A stretch of DNA of 64,000 nt, taken from Podarcis melisellensis. Its lineage: Eukaryota. The stretch lies in NCBI GenBank assembly GCA_964234715.1, contig OZ174276.1. The stretch is one strand, 5' to 3'. Positions 14,021 through 26,372 of this stretch are shown here, in pieces. The notes under the pieces are model-generated. The model ran no database searches and was not told where the DNA came from. It saw only the letters and a list, made by a program, of their open reading frames with translations. Both the position numbers and the translations under genes were made by a program. Each line of letters begins with the position of its first letter. Position 1 is the stretch's first letter.

Positions 14021-15433
14021 TAATAACATAATAAGACGCAGGATAGACAACAGTCCATAATGATGAATTCACAGCAAAGGACTATGCACATTACACCTTA
14101 AATCAGACTATAAAAAAGAAATGAAGTTTAAGGAAAACAAGCTGAACAGAAGAGGAACATCTAAGATTCATCTGAAACCCCTCACCACTTCATAATACCT
14201 GTCTAGAGATGTAAGAAGGCATCAGTTTCCATTCCACCCTGTGTTTGTGACATATGGTGCTGCCTCCATTCTGCTTCCAACAAAAGCAGCATTATTTGCC
14301 ATGGTGTCTGCTATGGTGATGTTTTATGTAATTAATTACATAATTATGTTATCATTACATTATTCTACACCATTCATTTCAATGCAGAGAAAACACAATG
14401 TAAATTTGGGGCCAGGGGGTTCATCAATTATGTATTGTTATATATAATTTGAGGACTGAATACAACAACAGTAGATACCAGTTGTACTAGGTTAATTTCT
14501 GTTCCAGACAAGGGATGAAGAAGCGAAAATTGGCAATTTCTAGTCCTGCTTTGGTCAGAATTCTCCAACATTCCTGTCCATCACAAGAGGCAAAATGAGG
14601 AAGGATGAAACTAAGGAAAATGACAGTCCACTAGGCCATTGATGAAATTTCTATCACTGCAAGTGTTATAAGAGCTGCTAGCTAAACGAATGATCTGTTT
14701 TAAAAGTTGGTTCTGCCACCACTTACAATCAGGCTCCCTGATTCTTGTTTAATTTCTCTTGCACCAAGAGAATATTTCCAAAAATCCAGACTTACTTTTG
14801 CAGTCCATGAAGAAGGCTGTGAAAATGAAGTGGCAAAAGTGGGATGGCATTTTTGAGGGAGTCTCAGCACTATGAAGTACAGGATCCCTGCTATTCTTAC
14901 TTGCATCCAAAGCCCTTTACCCATAGAAGCGTGACACTCCATCCACATGGCTCAATTCAGCGACACACACCTTTTGAAATACGATTGGGCGGTGTCAAAG
15001 CTGACAGTTCCCACCATCTGGCAGACAACTCACACAGAGATCTAGTCCAGTAAAGACCACCCTCTTTGAGCACAGCCACCAATCTGCTAGATCTAAGATT
15101 TAGTAAGTCCAGAAAGCAGCATAAGAGCTTTTCTCGTAAGGCAATTGACATGTAGAGACTTTCCCTTCCTGTGTTGGATGATTTCAATTAAATTAAAAAA
15201 CCAAAAAACCTTTTTATTTAAAAAAAGAACTCACTTAAAGACCAGCACTGTTATTCACACCAAAGTCATGTTCATTTCAGGTATTTATAGTGGCTTTATT
15301 GTGTAAGAAGTTATTACAGAGATCCATAGATAGTTGTTGGCATACACTCACTATTAAAAAATAAATCCCTAGCACAACTCAGTGCACTCCACCCAAGGCC
15401 AATAGGTCTCCTTGCTTGGTGGTGTGTATAAAT

Positions 15434-15570
15434 CTGGCATCCCCAAACTCGGCCCTCCAGATGTTTTTGAGACTACAACTCCCATCATCCCTAGTTAACA
15501 GGACCAGCGGTCAGGGATGGTGGGAACTGTAGTCCCAAAACAGCTGGAGGGCCAAGTTTGGGGATGCCTG
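15434..15570. mobile_element. hAT-type palindromic MITE (137 bp)
   Basis: Long TIRs ggcatccccaaact / agtttggggatgcc; perfect 8-bp TSD GTATAAAT (15426-15433, 15571-15578). Confidence 0.9.
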
Positions 15571-16624
15571 GTATAAATAATAAGATAATCATAGTTGTCA
15601 TCTTTAGGCTGTGATCAGTCATCAGAAGAAATGAGTATGCAGTGTTTCTTTTTGGATTGAGACCAGAGGGCAGATCCTGCACATTGATCACACATCTGCA
15701 TGTATCTTTCGCTACTCCACTGTGAGAGGGAACACTATACAGTTGATCTGTGCATTTTAATTGTGTCTCTCTGGGTTGAGTATCTTTAAATTTAGCAAAA
15801 GGGGTTTTGTTTGGTTTTGTTTCCTGTTCTAAGTTCTTATTAACAGCTCACTCTTTACTAGTTTGGTAAATGTGCAATAATCTGCTAAGACACTTTCAGG
15901 CAACAAACAGAACCTCAGATGTTTACTTTGCATCCATATTTCAAGCACCTCCCCATTTTATGCACAGAAATCTTCCCAGAGTGCGTTCCAAGTCTAGGGG
16001 TACTGCACATGTTTAGGATGAGAACAAATTTAAGTCACGGTGGTAACAGCCTCTTAAAAAAATGGACATGAAACAAATGATGTGCTTTGCAAGAAGGATT
16101 GATTAATTTAAAACTAAGGTTTGTTCTAACAGCTTGAAAAGAAAACATTTATCTTTGAAACCTGTATATGCTGTTGCTATTTCAGTGCTTGAATTAACCA
16201 CATAGTGTCACCCTAGACCATCTAAACCAATCTTGTGTAGACATTGCAGTTTTGTATTTCAATACTGCAGTCCCATGAAGCTCTTCAACTTCATAATGAA
16301 CAGCACAAGCCTAACCAGGTCAACTCGGAAGTAAATCCTGTTAAGTTCAGATAAGTAGGGTTAGGACTGCAGCCTAAATTGTAATTTTGGCAAAAGACTT
16401 GATGGAGCATGATAAAATAGGGTAAGCAATAGAGATTTCCTGAAACAGTGTTTGACTGATTCTAACTTGAAATTTACTGTTTGGGAGAACCCAAGGAATT
16501 GGGTGGGAGGGGTGATTTATAGTTGGGGAATCCCTCTACCCAAAATTCACTTAGTTGCTTCCTAGAGCTATAATTCAATTGCCCTATGATGCTAATTTCT
16601 TGTATTGGGGACTAGGTGAGCAGG

Positions 16625-17140
16625 AAGTTGTTATTATTATTCTTAGACTTCTTACTCAAAGATTCCCAAGCAAGTTACAACACATTTAAAAACAAGAATA
16701 AATACAACATACTATTAACAAATTCATACATAGAACATACAATTCATATCCATATAGCTATTGATAGATATACACAAAACAAACCCTACCCCACCCCACC
16801 CCCAAAAAAACTTTTACAGAAAGCTTTGTCATCAACTCAGTCCACCAACAGCCTGAGGGAAAGGGTTAGTCACCAAATAGATGCCAGTGAATGTGTCAAG
16901 CAGACCTCCCTGGGAAGAACTTTCGACAGATGGCTCACCCCCTTGCCAACACATGCTGAGCTTCCCTCAAAGGAAGGCCTTGGATGAAGATCTAAAGGTA
17001 GAGATAGGTTCATATCAAGAGTGGTGGTCCAGAAGATATTGGGATCCTGAACCATAAAGAGCTTTACAGGCCAACACCAGCACTTTGAATTGGGTTCAGA
17101 TGTATATAAGCAGCCAGTGTATCTGGAGCAGATTTGGTGT
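16625..17140 (-). mobile_element. L2-clade LINE 3' fragment
   Basis: Reverse strand contains cactggctgc..acccaattcaaagtgctggtgttggcctgtaaagctctttatgg, homologous to 9190-9290, plus a tail-like segment near 16625. Confidence 0.7.
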
Positions 17141-17245
17141 TTTATTATTGGGTTGCCTCAAACCTATCAACAGTTTGACATCTAATTTAAGGTTCTCCAC
17201 TAACTATCAGAAGGATAATGCCTGCCAGCCAGGTATCATATAGTC

Positions 17246-17491
17246 CAGGAGTCAGCAAACTTTTTCAGCAGGGGGCAAGTCCACTGTCCCTCAGACCTTG
17301 TGGTGGGCCGGACTATATTTCTTTTTTGGGGGGAATAAACTAATTCCTATGCCCCACAAATAACCCATAGATGCATTTTAAATAAAAGGACACATTCTAC
17401 TCATGTAAAAACACACTGATTCCTGGACCGTCCGTAGGCAGGATTTAGAAGGCAATTGGGCCAGATCCGGACCTTAGTTTGCCTACCCATG
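17246..17491. mobile_element. hAT (Charlie-like) MITE
   Basis: Imperfect TIRs caggagtcagcaaact / agtttgcctacccatg; perfect 8-bp TSD ATATAGTC (17238, 17492). Confidence 0.85.
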
Positions 17492-19215
17492 ATATAGTCA
17501 ATGTGACCATGTCATGATGCTTCATAGCCAATCAGATTTAGCTAAGTCAGAATATCACTGAGGGCAAATGAAGCCAATTAAGAGTGACAGCAATGTTTCT
17601 TGGACCAGTATTTTCCTTTACTCTGAATTGGTGCACACTTTTGTTCTCCTTTAGGACAAAAATGGTTAAAAGGTGGGAGCTTTGGAATGCTGTGAAATGT
17701 TATCACAAAAGCAGGGGTTTGTAGTGTAATCAAACAAACCCTGAAATGAGCATATTTAGACAGATTAAAGACTTCTCCAAGCTGAATCAGGCTTCCTTTG
17801 AGTTACTACAAACTGCATGAAAGGCCTCCTGAAACCTTGTGAGCAATTTAGACTTTGGGAGGCTTTTGTAGCTTCAAAAATTGAAACATTTCTCCCCAGG
17901 CCACTGTGAGAACAGGATGCTGAAGTAGATCCATCAGAAACTTCATATGTTATTACTTCCACCTTCTCTTGTCCACACACACCCCTTCTATCCTTGCTCA
18001 GGCCCCCTCCTCTCTGAAGTGGAATCTGCAATCACGAAAGAATGTGGTTGTTCTGGAGACACTTTACCAATAGATCTGCGACTCTTCACCACTTCCCGAG
18101 ACTTTTAAAATCCGTTTTTACTGTGTCTGGAATCTTTTCTGCCAGTCCAGGGGTAGTTCATTATCTTCATTTACAGAGAGAGAGCTTTCTGATGGTTGTG
18201 CTCCTGAAGATCAACGATAAGGGCATAGCCACCTTAATCACCACTACAGTGTGTTTGTGGAAGTGAACTGTTAAGACAGAAAGATAATACGTATGAGCAT
18301 CCTTCCAACAAGGAACCTAGGAAGCTACATACACTCTTTCCAAAGGCAAGGTTTTTCTTGCTCCTCATGCTGTAGTCTAACATGTATAAACCCCTGGAAC
18401 AAAACACTTGGAAAATTAGTGATACACTATTTCCACTGCTTCTTTGTCCTTCTGTGAATATTTTAGAATTATTTTGGTTTGGCAGAATCCATTTGAATAG
18501 CACCTTTTTTGTGCCTCGGAACTGTAGACTTGCACTGCATGCTGAAGGTGACCCAATTTCAGTACTTTTCCTAAAACCAAAATAACTCTAGGGGCTAAGT
18601 CACCTTTAAGGTAACAGTCACCAAGGTGATTTTTTGTGACAGCTAAGCTTTCTCAATCTTCTCTTTGAAGATAGTTTCATTTTCTACCTTAAAAATTTAT
18701 CACCATTGCTGTAAGTCCCATTCCATTTGCAAGGTGAAGGTACGGCTTGGACCGAGTTTTTGTAAGCCACAACCAGCCACACACACCACATCGGAAGAGA
18801 ACTTTGCACACATGGAATCTGTATGCACAAGCACATCCTGTATTCCAGGGAAGATATGATAACAGTTAATTAAAAAACTCACACATCCAAAAGGAGCAAC
18901 TCTCTCATCTGCAAATTGATATGATTGCTGTGACAAGGATGCCTTCTAGTGTCAGGAACATAACTCTTCAAAATAACTTTTCAGCTGCACCTAGTAGCTC
19001 AGCCTATGAGATGCTCTGCTGAGAACGTAGCTCCTAGGACCTTAGCCTTGCTGTTTCCTTAGAATCATGGACTCATAGAACTGTAGAGTTGGAAGGGACC
19101 ACACAGGTAATTGCGTCCAACCCCCTGCAATGTAGGATTGTATTTTATTTTTACTCAAAGACGGGCTTGAACCCATGAGCTTGAGATTAAGTGTCTCGTG
19201 CTCTACTGATTGAGC

Positions 19216-19721
19216 CAGTGCTTTTTTTCTTTAAAAAAAAAACAGGGGTACTCTCATTTTCCTACTCATATTGAAATAAAGGTAAAGGTACCCCTGACCA
19301 TTAGGTCCAGTCGTGGCCGACTCTGGGGTTGTGGTGCTCATCTCGCTTTAATGGTCAAGGGAACCGGCATACAGCTTCCGGGTCATGTGGCCAGCATGAC
19401 TAAGCCGCTTCTGGTGAACCAGAGCAGTGCACAGAAACGCCATTTACCTTCCTGCTAGAGTGGTACCTATTTATCTACTTGCACTTGATGTGCTTTCAAA
19501 CTGGTAGGTTGGCAGGAGCAGGGACCAAGCAATAGGAGCTCACCCCGTCGTGGGGATTCGAACCACCGACCTTCTGATTGGCAAGTCCTAGGCTCTGTGG
19601 TTTAACCCACAGCACCACCCACATCCCATATTGAAATACTGCCCCTCAATTAGGCCAAACTTAGACTCTCAAAATGTTTAGCGGTATGCATACCCCTGCA
19701 TTCCCCCAGAAAAAAGTACTG
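19216..19721. mobile_element. hAT-type MITE, itself interrupted by a Sauria SINE
   Basis: TIRs CAGTGCTTTTTT / AAAAAAGTACTG; 8-bp TSD GATTGAGC (19208) / GATTGTGC (19722). Confidence 0.8.
19279..19627 (-). mobile_element. Full-length Sauria SINE
   Basis: Head gggatgtgggtggtgctgtggg with B-box ggttcgaatcc on the - strand; ACCTTT tail; TSD ATATTGAAATA (19268-19278, 19628-19638). Confidence 0.95.
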
Positions 19722-20669
19722 GATTGTGCTATCCCACAGCTTCCTAATATCCGCTTGTACACAACTGTACAATGCAAGGGGTATTGGGGCACTTGGTGGT
19801 TATAGAGAGGGACTGAGTGTCCTCCTGTCCCTTGAGTGGATAATTTGAAAGAGAGGTGTGGGTGACATTTCGTCAGCACAATAACACAAGTCATTACATT
19901 TGCCGCTGCAGCTTAAGCCAATCCATATTATTGGGATGAGAAACGGCATGAGTATGATCTGCTCTTGCAGCTATTCTTGAAAGAAGCTATTAAAAGTAAA
20001 AAGTGAAGGCCCAGTGGCTCATGAACCATGCTTATTGGTCCCTTAGAGTCTCTCAGGGAACAAAAAGCCTGTTAAATATAGAGGGTGGCTCAATTGAACT
20101 AAATTGCCCACAGCAGCCAACACAAGGGAACACCCGATTTCCATTGTACTCACCATTCCAGAGGGGCTGAGTTTGCACGTTGCCTCTTGCCCCAGTCGAA
20201 AGAGACTGTGGGAAAGGGGTCAGGAAGGACTTTGTGCAAGTCTTCCTGGCAACTGTGGGGGGAGAGGGGGAGGGGACAGCTCAGACTTTGAGAGCTGCTT
20301 GTTTAACTTTATTGAGCAACTGATGCTTGTGAATGTGCAAGGATTAGAAATGAGTAGCTCAAGGTTACAAGCTGTCTGCCTTTGTTTCAGATAATACCGT
20401 TCTGATATAATTTATCAGGACTCTCTTTTTGTCACACCATACAGCTAATGAATATCTTGCTACTACAGCTGCAAAGGCTTATGAAGATCTATTGGCAACT
20501 GCCTGTGTTGTGTTCAGCTGCAAATAAGGAGGCAATGAAAAGATCAGCCTCTATAAATGTATGATGATACTACATAAGGTCTGTACATTTATTTTTTTAT
20601 TTTTCAAAAGCTACCCTCAATCCCCCAAGTCTCTTGTTTTGGCATAGGACAGTGTGTACTTAGCATCAC

Positions 20670-20965
20670 AGTTGTTGCCTTGGAAACTGGAAATCACATG
20701 ATGTGTGCTGCTAGTGGAGCATGCTCAGTGAATGAATAAACAAGGCCAATTTTTCTTCCTTTGCTTTAAAGGCTCTTTGAGACTTCCTGTTGTCAGCTAC
20801 AGCTGTAAGGAATGCTTAATTTGCATCGTATCGAGAAGCACGGGGCAAACGCTCTGGCAGCGTCTGGGATTGTGGCTGCTTAAACCTAAATTAATGTAGA
20901 ACAAAACAATTCACACTCCACTGCTGTGGGAAAGTTCAGACTCCCAGCACGGAGACTTTCCAAGA
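20670..20965. promoter_or_regulatory. Candidate distal enhancer (dense TF motif cluster)
   Basis: RFX X-box GTTGCCTTGGAAAC 20674, TCACATGA 20694, ETS ACTTCCTGT 20782, octamer ATTTGCAT 20819, SOX AACAAT ~20906, RBPJ GTGGGAA 20926, NF-kB-like GGAGACTTTCC 20951; no recognisable repeat. Confidence 0.4.
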
Positions 20966-21809
20966 TGTCCACGCAAGGAAATTCTTCCGTTAAGGGGGGA
21001 AGGGAAAATTAGCCAGTAAAAAATCTCTGTAGGAAGCTTCCCTCAATCTGAACACAAAGAAGACCTTGGGTCACTTTGAACCCTACTGGTGCTTGTTACA
21101 TCTTATCATTAGGTGTTTTGTTTTATTTTGTCCTTTTAAAGGGGGGGAAATCTACAAAAAACTATTCCCAGCTTTCCTTTTTAAAGTTGGCCCAACATCC
21201 TTTCTTCCTTTCTTCTCTCTCCTGTCCCGCCCCCTCACCCCTTTTTAAAAGGAGGTTAGCTAATTCTTCTGTTGAAGGCTGTAGTGCTGTACTTTCTTCC
21301 CATTTGCATGTGGATGTGTGCCTAGAATTCCTGATCAGCCCTCCGAAGACACTTGCTACTTTGTGGAGCTTGCAGCATAGGGATATTCAAGCCCAGACCC
21401 AATCTGGTTTTGTTGTTTTTCTCCAAAGAATAAGATCTCTGTTGGAGTTGACTTGAATCATGCTGCTTCCTTGGTGCTAAATTGAGGACATCCTATAGAA
21501 AGAGTCAGTGCTGGAAGTTTTGTTTCCCCTTTAAAGGGTTGTTTCTCATTACAATGGCATTGCCCCTTGAATCTCTGGGATGATAGGTCTTCCAGAAATA
21601 AAATGTTTAATAATTGCTGTAATGAGATCACCAAGTTTAGTTTCTACTACTATTCCTAGCAGAAGTAAGTAGCTATCCCCCTGCTTCTCTTTTACAACTT
21701 AAGGAAATGCTTTTCACATGTTCATATCTTACACATTGACTAAAAGTCAAAACAAAACAACAAACAACAAACAAAAACCTACAAATGAGGGTTTTTCAAG
21801 CCTTTGTTA

Positions 21810-22075
21810 TATGGAGAAATTATAAGGAAAAATTCAATTTTGGTTGCATTTTAAGAAATGGGCAAAAAACCACAGTAGTGAAAATAGCATACAAACAAGC
21901 ATTATATTAGGAACAATTGCTTTCAAAAAGTGTATATAAAATTGCACTAAAATGCTGATGGATTTTCATAAAGATTTTTTAAATTAAAACCATAAATTGC
22001 TGTAGGATTGTAGAAAATTGAATTTAAGTTTGGAAAAATGAGAAAACCAAACTTGACAGATTTTTCCATCCCCAC
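21810..22075. repeat. Unclassified AT-rich interspersed repeat
   Basis: Ends in ttgacagatttttccatcccc, a terminus I recall from lizard repeats; class not determined. Confidence 0.35.
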
Positions 22076-22685
22076 TTTCTTGCTATCTCAAGGCCACCCT
22101 TGGCTTAACACAATGCGAATTTGATTTCAATTAATCAATGTCCTTGATGAGAGAAAGGAGTACCAGGGAGAGGGTATTCAATTGCACCCATCCTTGGGTA
22201 AGAGAGTTGGGTGAGAGATAGCAACCTAAATAAGAGCCAGATTGCTTTTGGATGCTGTGTTGTGTATAGTGATGGATATGTATGAGATGAAGGAGAAGAC
22301 CAGGATTAGTGACACTGAATGAGTAGTAGGCGTTGTGTTATTTGTGTAGATGTAAGGAAGAATTTGAGTTTGGGGTATATGTATTAGTGGGATAAGTGTT
22401 GGATTTTGTGAATCAGGATATGTCTTGACACGACTTACTTTGCCAAACCTTTATTAGGCATTACAAATATAGGCCATCATAAAACATCCATGTATAATTT
22501 TTTTAAATATACACAAAACAGTGTCTTGGCAGGAGAAATGTTTTGAAATGTGCTACAATATTTTTGTTTTCTGTGATTTTATTCTTTTATTACATTGCGT
22601 TGTATTGTAGTTCCTTAGTTCCATTGTTTGTTATATACCTATTGTATTTGCTATTTTGTAAACGGTGTAAAGACTCTCTTAAGTA

Positions 22686-22904
22686 CAGATGTACCTCTAT
22701 TCGACTTCTGAAAAATTGGAAACCAAGGTCCAGCTTCCAATTGGTTCCCAATTGCACAGGCGTGCCAGAAACAGTAGCAGTAGCCGCACTGGACGTTTGG
22801 CTTCCAAAAAAAGTTCGAAAACCAGAACACTCACTTCCGGTTTTAGATCATTCGGGAGCTGGAACATTCGACTCCCAAGGCATTTGGGAGCCGAGGTATG
22901 ACTG
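22686..22904. mobile_element. Tc1/mariner (Tigger-like) MITE
   Basis: TA TSD; TIRs cagatgtacctc / gaggtatgactg; internal similarity to 51372-51585. Confidence 0.8.
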
Positions 22905-23450
22905 TATTAAACTATATATACACATATTAAATAAATAACCTTTATACCAAAAACAAGGGTTGTTATCATCTAATTCTCTGCACTCCCAGCAAACGTCTCT
23001 TACTGAAAATTGGCCACATCATTAAATACTACTTACATAGAGTCCTACTGGGTTTTTTGGCAGAGGTTGGACAGTCCCATCCCAGGGAATTTATATGGGT
23101 TTGGAAGGGTCCTGATGTTGATGAAGGGAGAGAGAATCAAGGGAAAGGAGATCAAATTTGGGAAGATTTTTGATTACTTGAGCCGTAAGTAAACAGAAGG
23201 GTTGTGATTATCTGCAAAGCAAATTAATCATGAGTGGAGTAAATCAGTTGAAGAGATGGATGTGAACAGGGTAGATAATAAGTGTGAGATATTAATCAGG
23301 TTCCCACCTCTAAAATGGCTGTTGTGCTACATCTTATCTGGGGGCTGGGAAACCCACATTACCTTATATGCATTTGATTATTTGGGACAATTCACTTTTC
23401 CCTCTGGTCTACATGCCTGTTGGAAATAATGGCCAGCCAAATGTGGTATA

Positions 23451-23881
23451 TGGAAGTGAGAGCTGGACCATAAAGAAGGCTGATCGCCGAAGAATTGATG
23501 CTTTTGAATTATGGTGCTGGAGGAGACTCTTGAGAGTCCCATGGACTGCAAGAAGATCAAACCTCTCCATACTGAAGGAAATCAACCCTGAGTGCCCACT
23601 GGAAGGACAGATTGTGAAGTTGAGGCTCCAGTACTTTGGCCACCTCATGAGAAGAGAAGACTCCCTGGAGAAGACCCTGATGTTGGGAAAGATGGAGGGC
23701 ACAAGGAGAAGGGGGCGACAGAGGATGAGATGGCTGGATAGTGTTTTCGAGGTTACCAGCATGAGTTTGACCAAACTGCGGGAGGCAGTGGAGGACAGAG
23801 GTGCCTGGCGTTCTCTGGTCCATGGGGTCACGAAGAGTCGGACACGACTAAACGACTAAACAACAACAACAACAACAACAA
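23451..23881 (+). mobile_element. BovB (RTE clade) LINE 3' fragment, 5'-truncated
   Basis: Open frame YGSESWTIKKADRRRIDAFELWCWRRLLRVPWTARRSN...LEKTLMLGKMEGTRRRGRQRMRWLD; 3' end catggggtcacgaagagtcggacacgact plus (AAC)n; 13-bp TSD CAAATGTGGTATA (23438, 23882). Confidence 0.95.
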
Positions 23882-24030
23882 CAAATGTGGTATAGTGGTG
23901 AGAGAGACAAAATCAGACTGGAAAGACTTTAAATCCCTGCTCCTCCATGAAGCTTACTAGGTGACTATGAACCAGTCACTACCTTGTAGCCTAACCCACA
24001 TCAGAGAGTTGTCTTGACGCGGATAAAATG
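23882..24030 (+). mobile_element. Old tRNA-derived SINE (Squam3/CORE-like) that received the BovB insertion
   Basis: tgtggtatagtgg A-box-like start, then ccatgaagcttactaggtgactatgaaccagtcact..agcctaacccacatcagagagttgt; a related copy lies on the - strand at 38715-38835. Confidence 0.6.
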
Positions 24031-25869
24031 AGTAAGAGACAACCATACTGCAGCTGAGAGAGAGAGCAGCTTGCCTGAGGCTATCTAGTAAGCACAGAAT
24101 TCTCTTCAGGTGTTTAAACATAATATCAGATACATTTCTACTGTGATAATCAGAACACAAACCTGTTTTAAAGTATTCTCAAAATGCAAAATGTCGACCA
24201 CTTCAAGGTCAATTTTGCCAAAAGCAGCAGACAAACGTGTAAAATAAACAAATAATATCTATGTATATTTCATGTTTTCTTGACTGAAGTCTCCTATATT
24301 CTGGTGCCGCATACCTGGTATCATTTAATAGTAAAGTTTTAGAAACATTATGTATTTCTCCAGCAGGCTTCAGCACAACACTGGGCTTTATGTGCATTGG
24401 CTTAGACTGACAACCAGAATGAAGGACACAGAGATTCAGTGAGAATAATTACTTGAATGCCGCCATATCATTCGCTCTTTTCCAATCCAGCAGGATTTGT
24501 GAAGACCGAGAGCTCTTTTGGCTTAACTATAGCACAAATAATAAGCTTGTCATGTTGTTCTCCAGCAGGCCACATAACCCTATAATTGTGTTTTTGCAGG
24601 CAGTGATATAAGTTGCAGGTGCTAAAACAAAATCTTGCAGAAAGCCTCCAATGCTGTCCCAGCTGTCACTACAAAGCACTTCTTTGCAAAGAAAAGTGGT
24701 ACGGGATTCACTAATCTTAAATGGCTTCTGTGGTATAGCATCAAGTTGCCAGCTTTGCACTGAATAGTAGAGGGAGATCACAAGTGTAGCCAGCAATGTT
24801 GCTTGTGACTGATGCACTGTTTCAAGGGTCAGATCCCAGCACAAGTGGAAAAGCCTCCACATTTGTGATCTTATGGGCAGCATAGGATGCTATTTATCTT
24901 ATGTTGAAACTACTTATTCATCTAGTCCTCTATGGTTTTTAGCTTTTTGGCAGGGTTTGCTGTTTTCTCGGTAGTCTTAACGTCTCCAAACTCTTCTGGC
25001 AACTGAACAGACTTTTACGTTTTTCTCTTTTTCCCCCCTCTAAAGAAACTAGCCAGTTCCTCTCTCTTTTAAAAGTGCATTGTTTAGGCATTTTGTTCTT
25101 TCAAACTCTTAGAAATCGCTTCCTACAAAGACTTTTTTCTGGTTTTTAATTCAGCTGGAAAGAATGGTCTCTATTAAAAACGTCAACAAATACAGGGGAA
25201 GAACAAATTAGAATAGTAGGGGAAGTAGAATGTTTTGCAACAACTCCAAATGGATTGGCTCCTGAACTTTCTCCTGGAATACTTATCTCCATGTTACCTT
25301 GTGTGTTTCTGTGTTAATCTAATGGCTATAAAACTGTTGCAAGTTGTTACTTTTCATTAATATTTTAGTTGCTTAGTTCAGTTATTCTGTTACTCCACTG
25401 TATTATCAAGATAAATTAAACCTACCAGGCATCGGTGATGGACCAGGACAAAAAATTGCCATTAGCGTTAGAAGCACACCAAGACAACTTCAGGCTGTAG
25501 GCTATAAAGCAAATTATTTTTTCCATAATGTCATGATTTCTGCAAGCATAAGTATGTGTCTAATTTTAAAAAAACACCACCCTGTAAATTCTTGTAAAAT
25601 ACTTTATCTGCATCAGACCTCTGTTCCAGAGCTTCTCATGCCTAGAGCAGGGAATTGTGTCCTTCCCACCAACTTCTAAGCTGAATAGCATTTCTTGGAT
25701 TCAGCTATTTTGTGACTTGCAAACCTACCCGCAGAAGTAATTTTGCAATTCTCAAACCCTTTTTAAAATTTTCAACCTGCCTATGAACCCAGAAACTTTG
25801 AGGACTGCTGGCTTAAAGTATCACAGATTTTTGAAAGAGACAACAGAACCGCAGATTCATGGAGGAGTG

Positions 25870-26372
25870 TGTCAGGGATTGGCAGGGCTCTGAAGAGTGT
25901 GTGGCAGAGGTAGGGGTACCAAGGGAGTGATCCAGGAGAGTGATCCAGCCAGTGGTTTATGGGGCTTGGTGTTGCCTGCAAGGCAGGATCCAGGGCAGGA
26001 GGAGGGGGAGGAAGGGGCAGGGCAGACCAAGATGGACAATGTGGTGGAGAAGGAAGAGACTGTTGAGGCAAGGGATGGCCAAGTGGGCTTACCACCATCC
26101 CCCACCTTGTTGTCTTCTAGAACCAAGCTAGGCATAGCTTCAGGTTGTGCCACCCCCATCAGATGAGGTTACATAAGCTGAGGAGTGGGGTGTGGTCCTT
26201 CTGTTGCTGTAACTGCTCCACTGGGCACAAATCTGGGGGCAGCTGCCTAGAGGCTAGAAGTGTGTGTATGTGTGTGTCCGGAGCACTGTAGGAGCTGCTG
26301 TAGGTGCTTCCTTGGCAATAAAGACTTAACTATCAGATGTGTGCATTCCTTGGCTGGGGAGAGGGCAGGACA
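25870..26372 (+). mobile_element. Probable solo LTR (503 bp)
   Basis: TGTCA...GGACA termini; 5-bp flanks GAGTG/GAGAG; TATA-like tacataag ~26170; AATAAA at 26317. Confidence 0.55.

Larger units (their letters stand above)
19060..19737 (-). mobile_element. tRNA-Lys(CTT)-headed SINE with CR1 3' tail, split by nested insertions
   Basis: After removing 19216-19729 the reverse strand reads gggatagctcaatcagtagagcacgagacacttaatctcaagctcatgggttcaagccc (tRNA-Lys-CTT-like), then ...cattgcagggggttggac...ggtcccttccaactctacagttctatg (CR1 tail). Confidence 0.8.

Noticed and set aside
18040-18270. Minus-strand exon-like segment behind a good acceptor (tctttctgtcttaacag)
   Set aside because: All three frames hit stops; a lncRNA exon cannot be supported without transcript data.
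20391-20578. Plus-strand exon-like segment (tttgtttcag ... ag|gtctgt)
   Set aside because: Stops occur in all three frames within the first 20 nt and the donor is weak.
23368-23859. 163-aa ORF as a host gene
   Set aside because: It is the BovB ORF C-terminus with a chance upstream ATG in flanking DNA.
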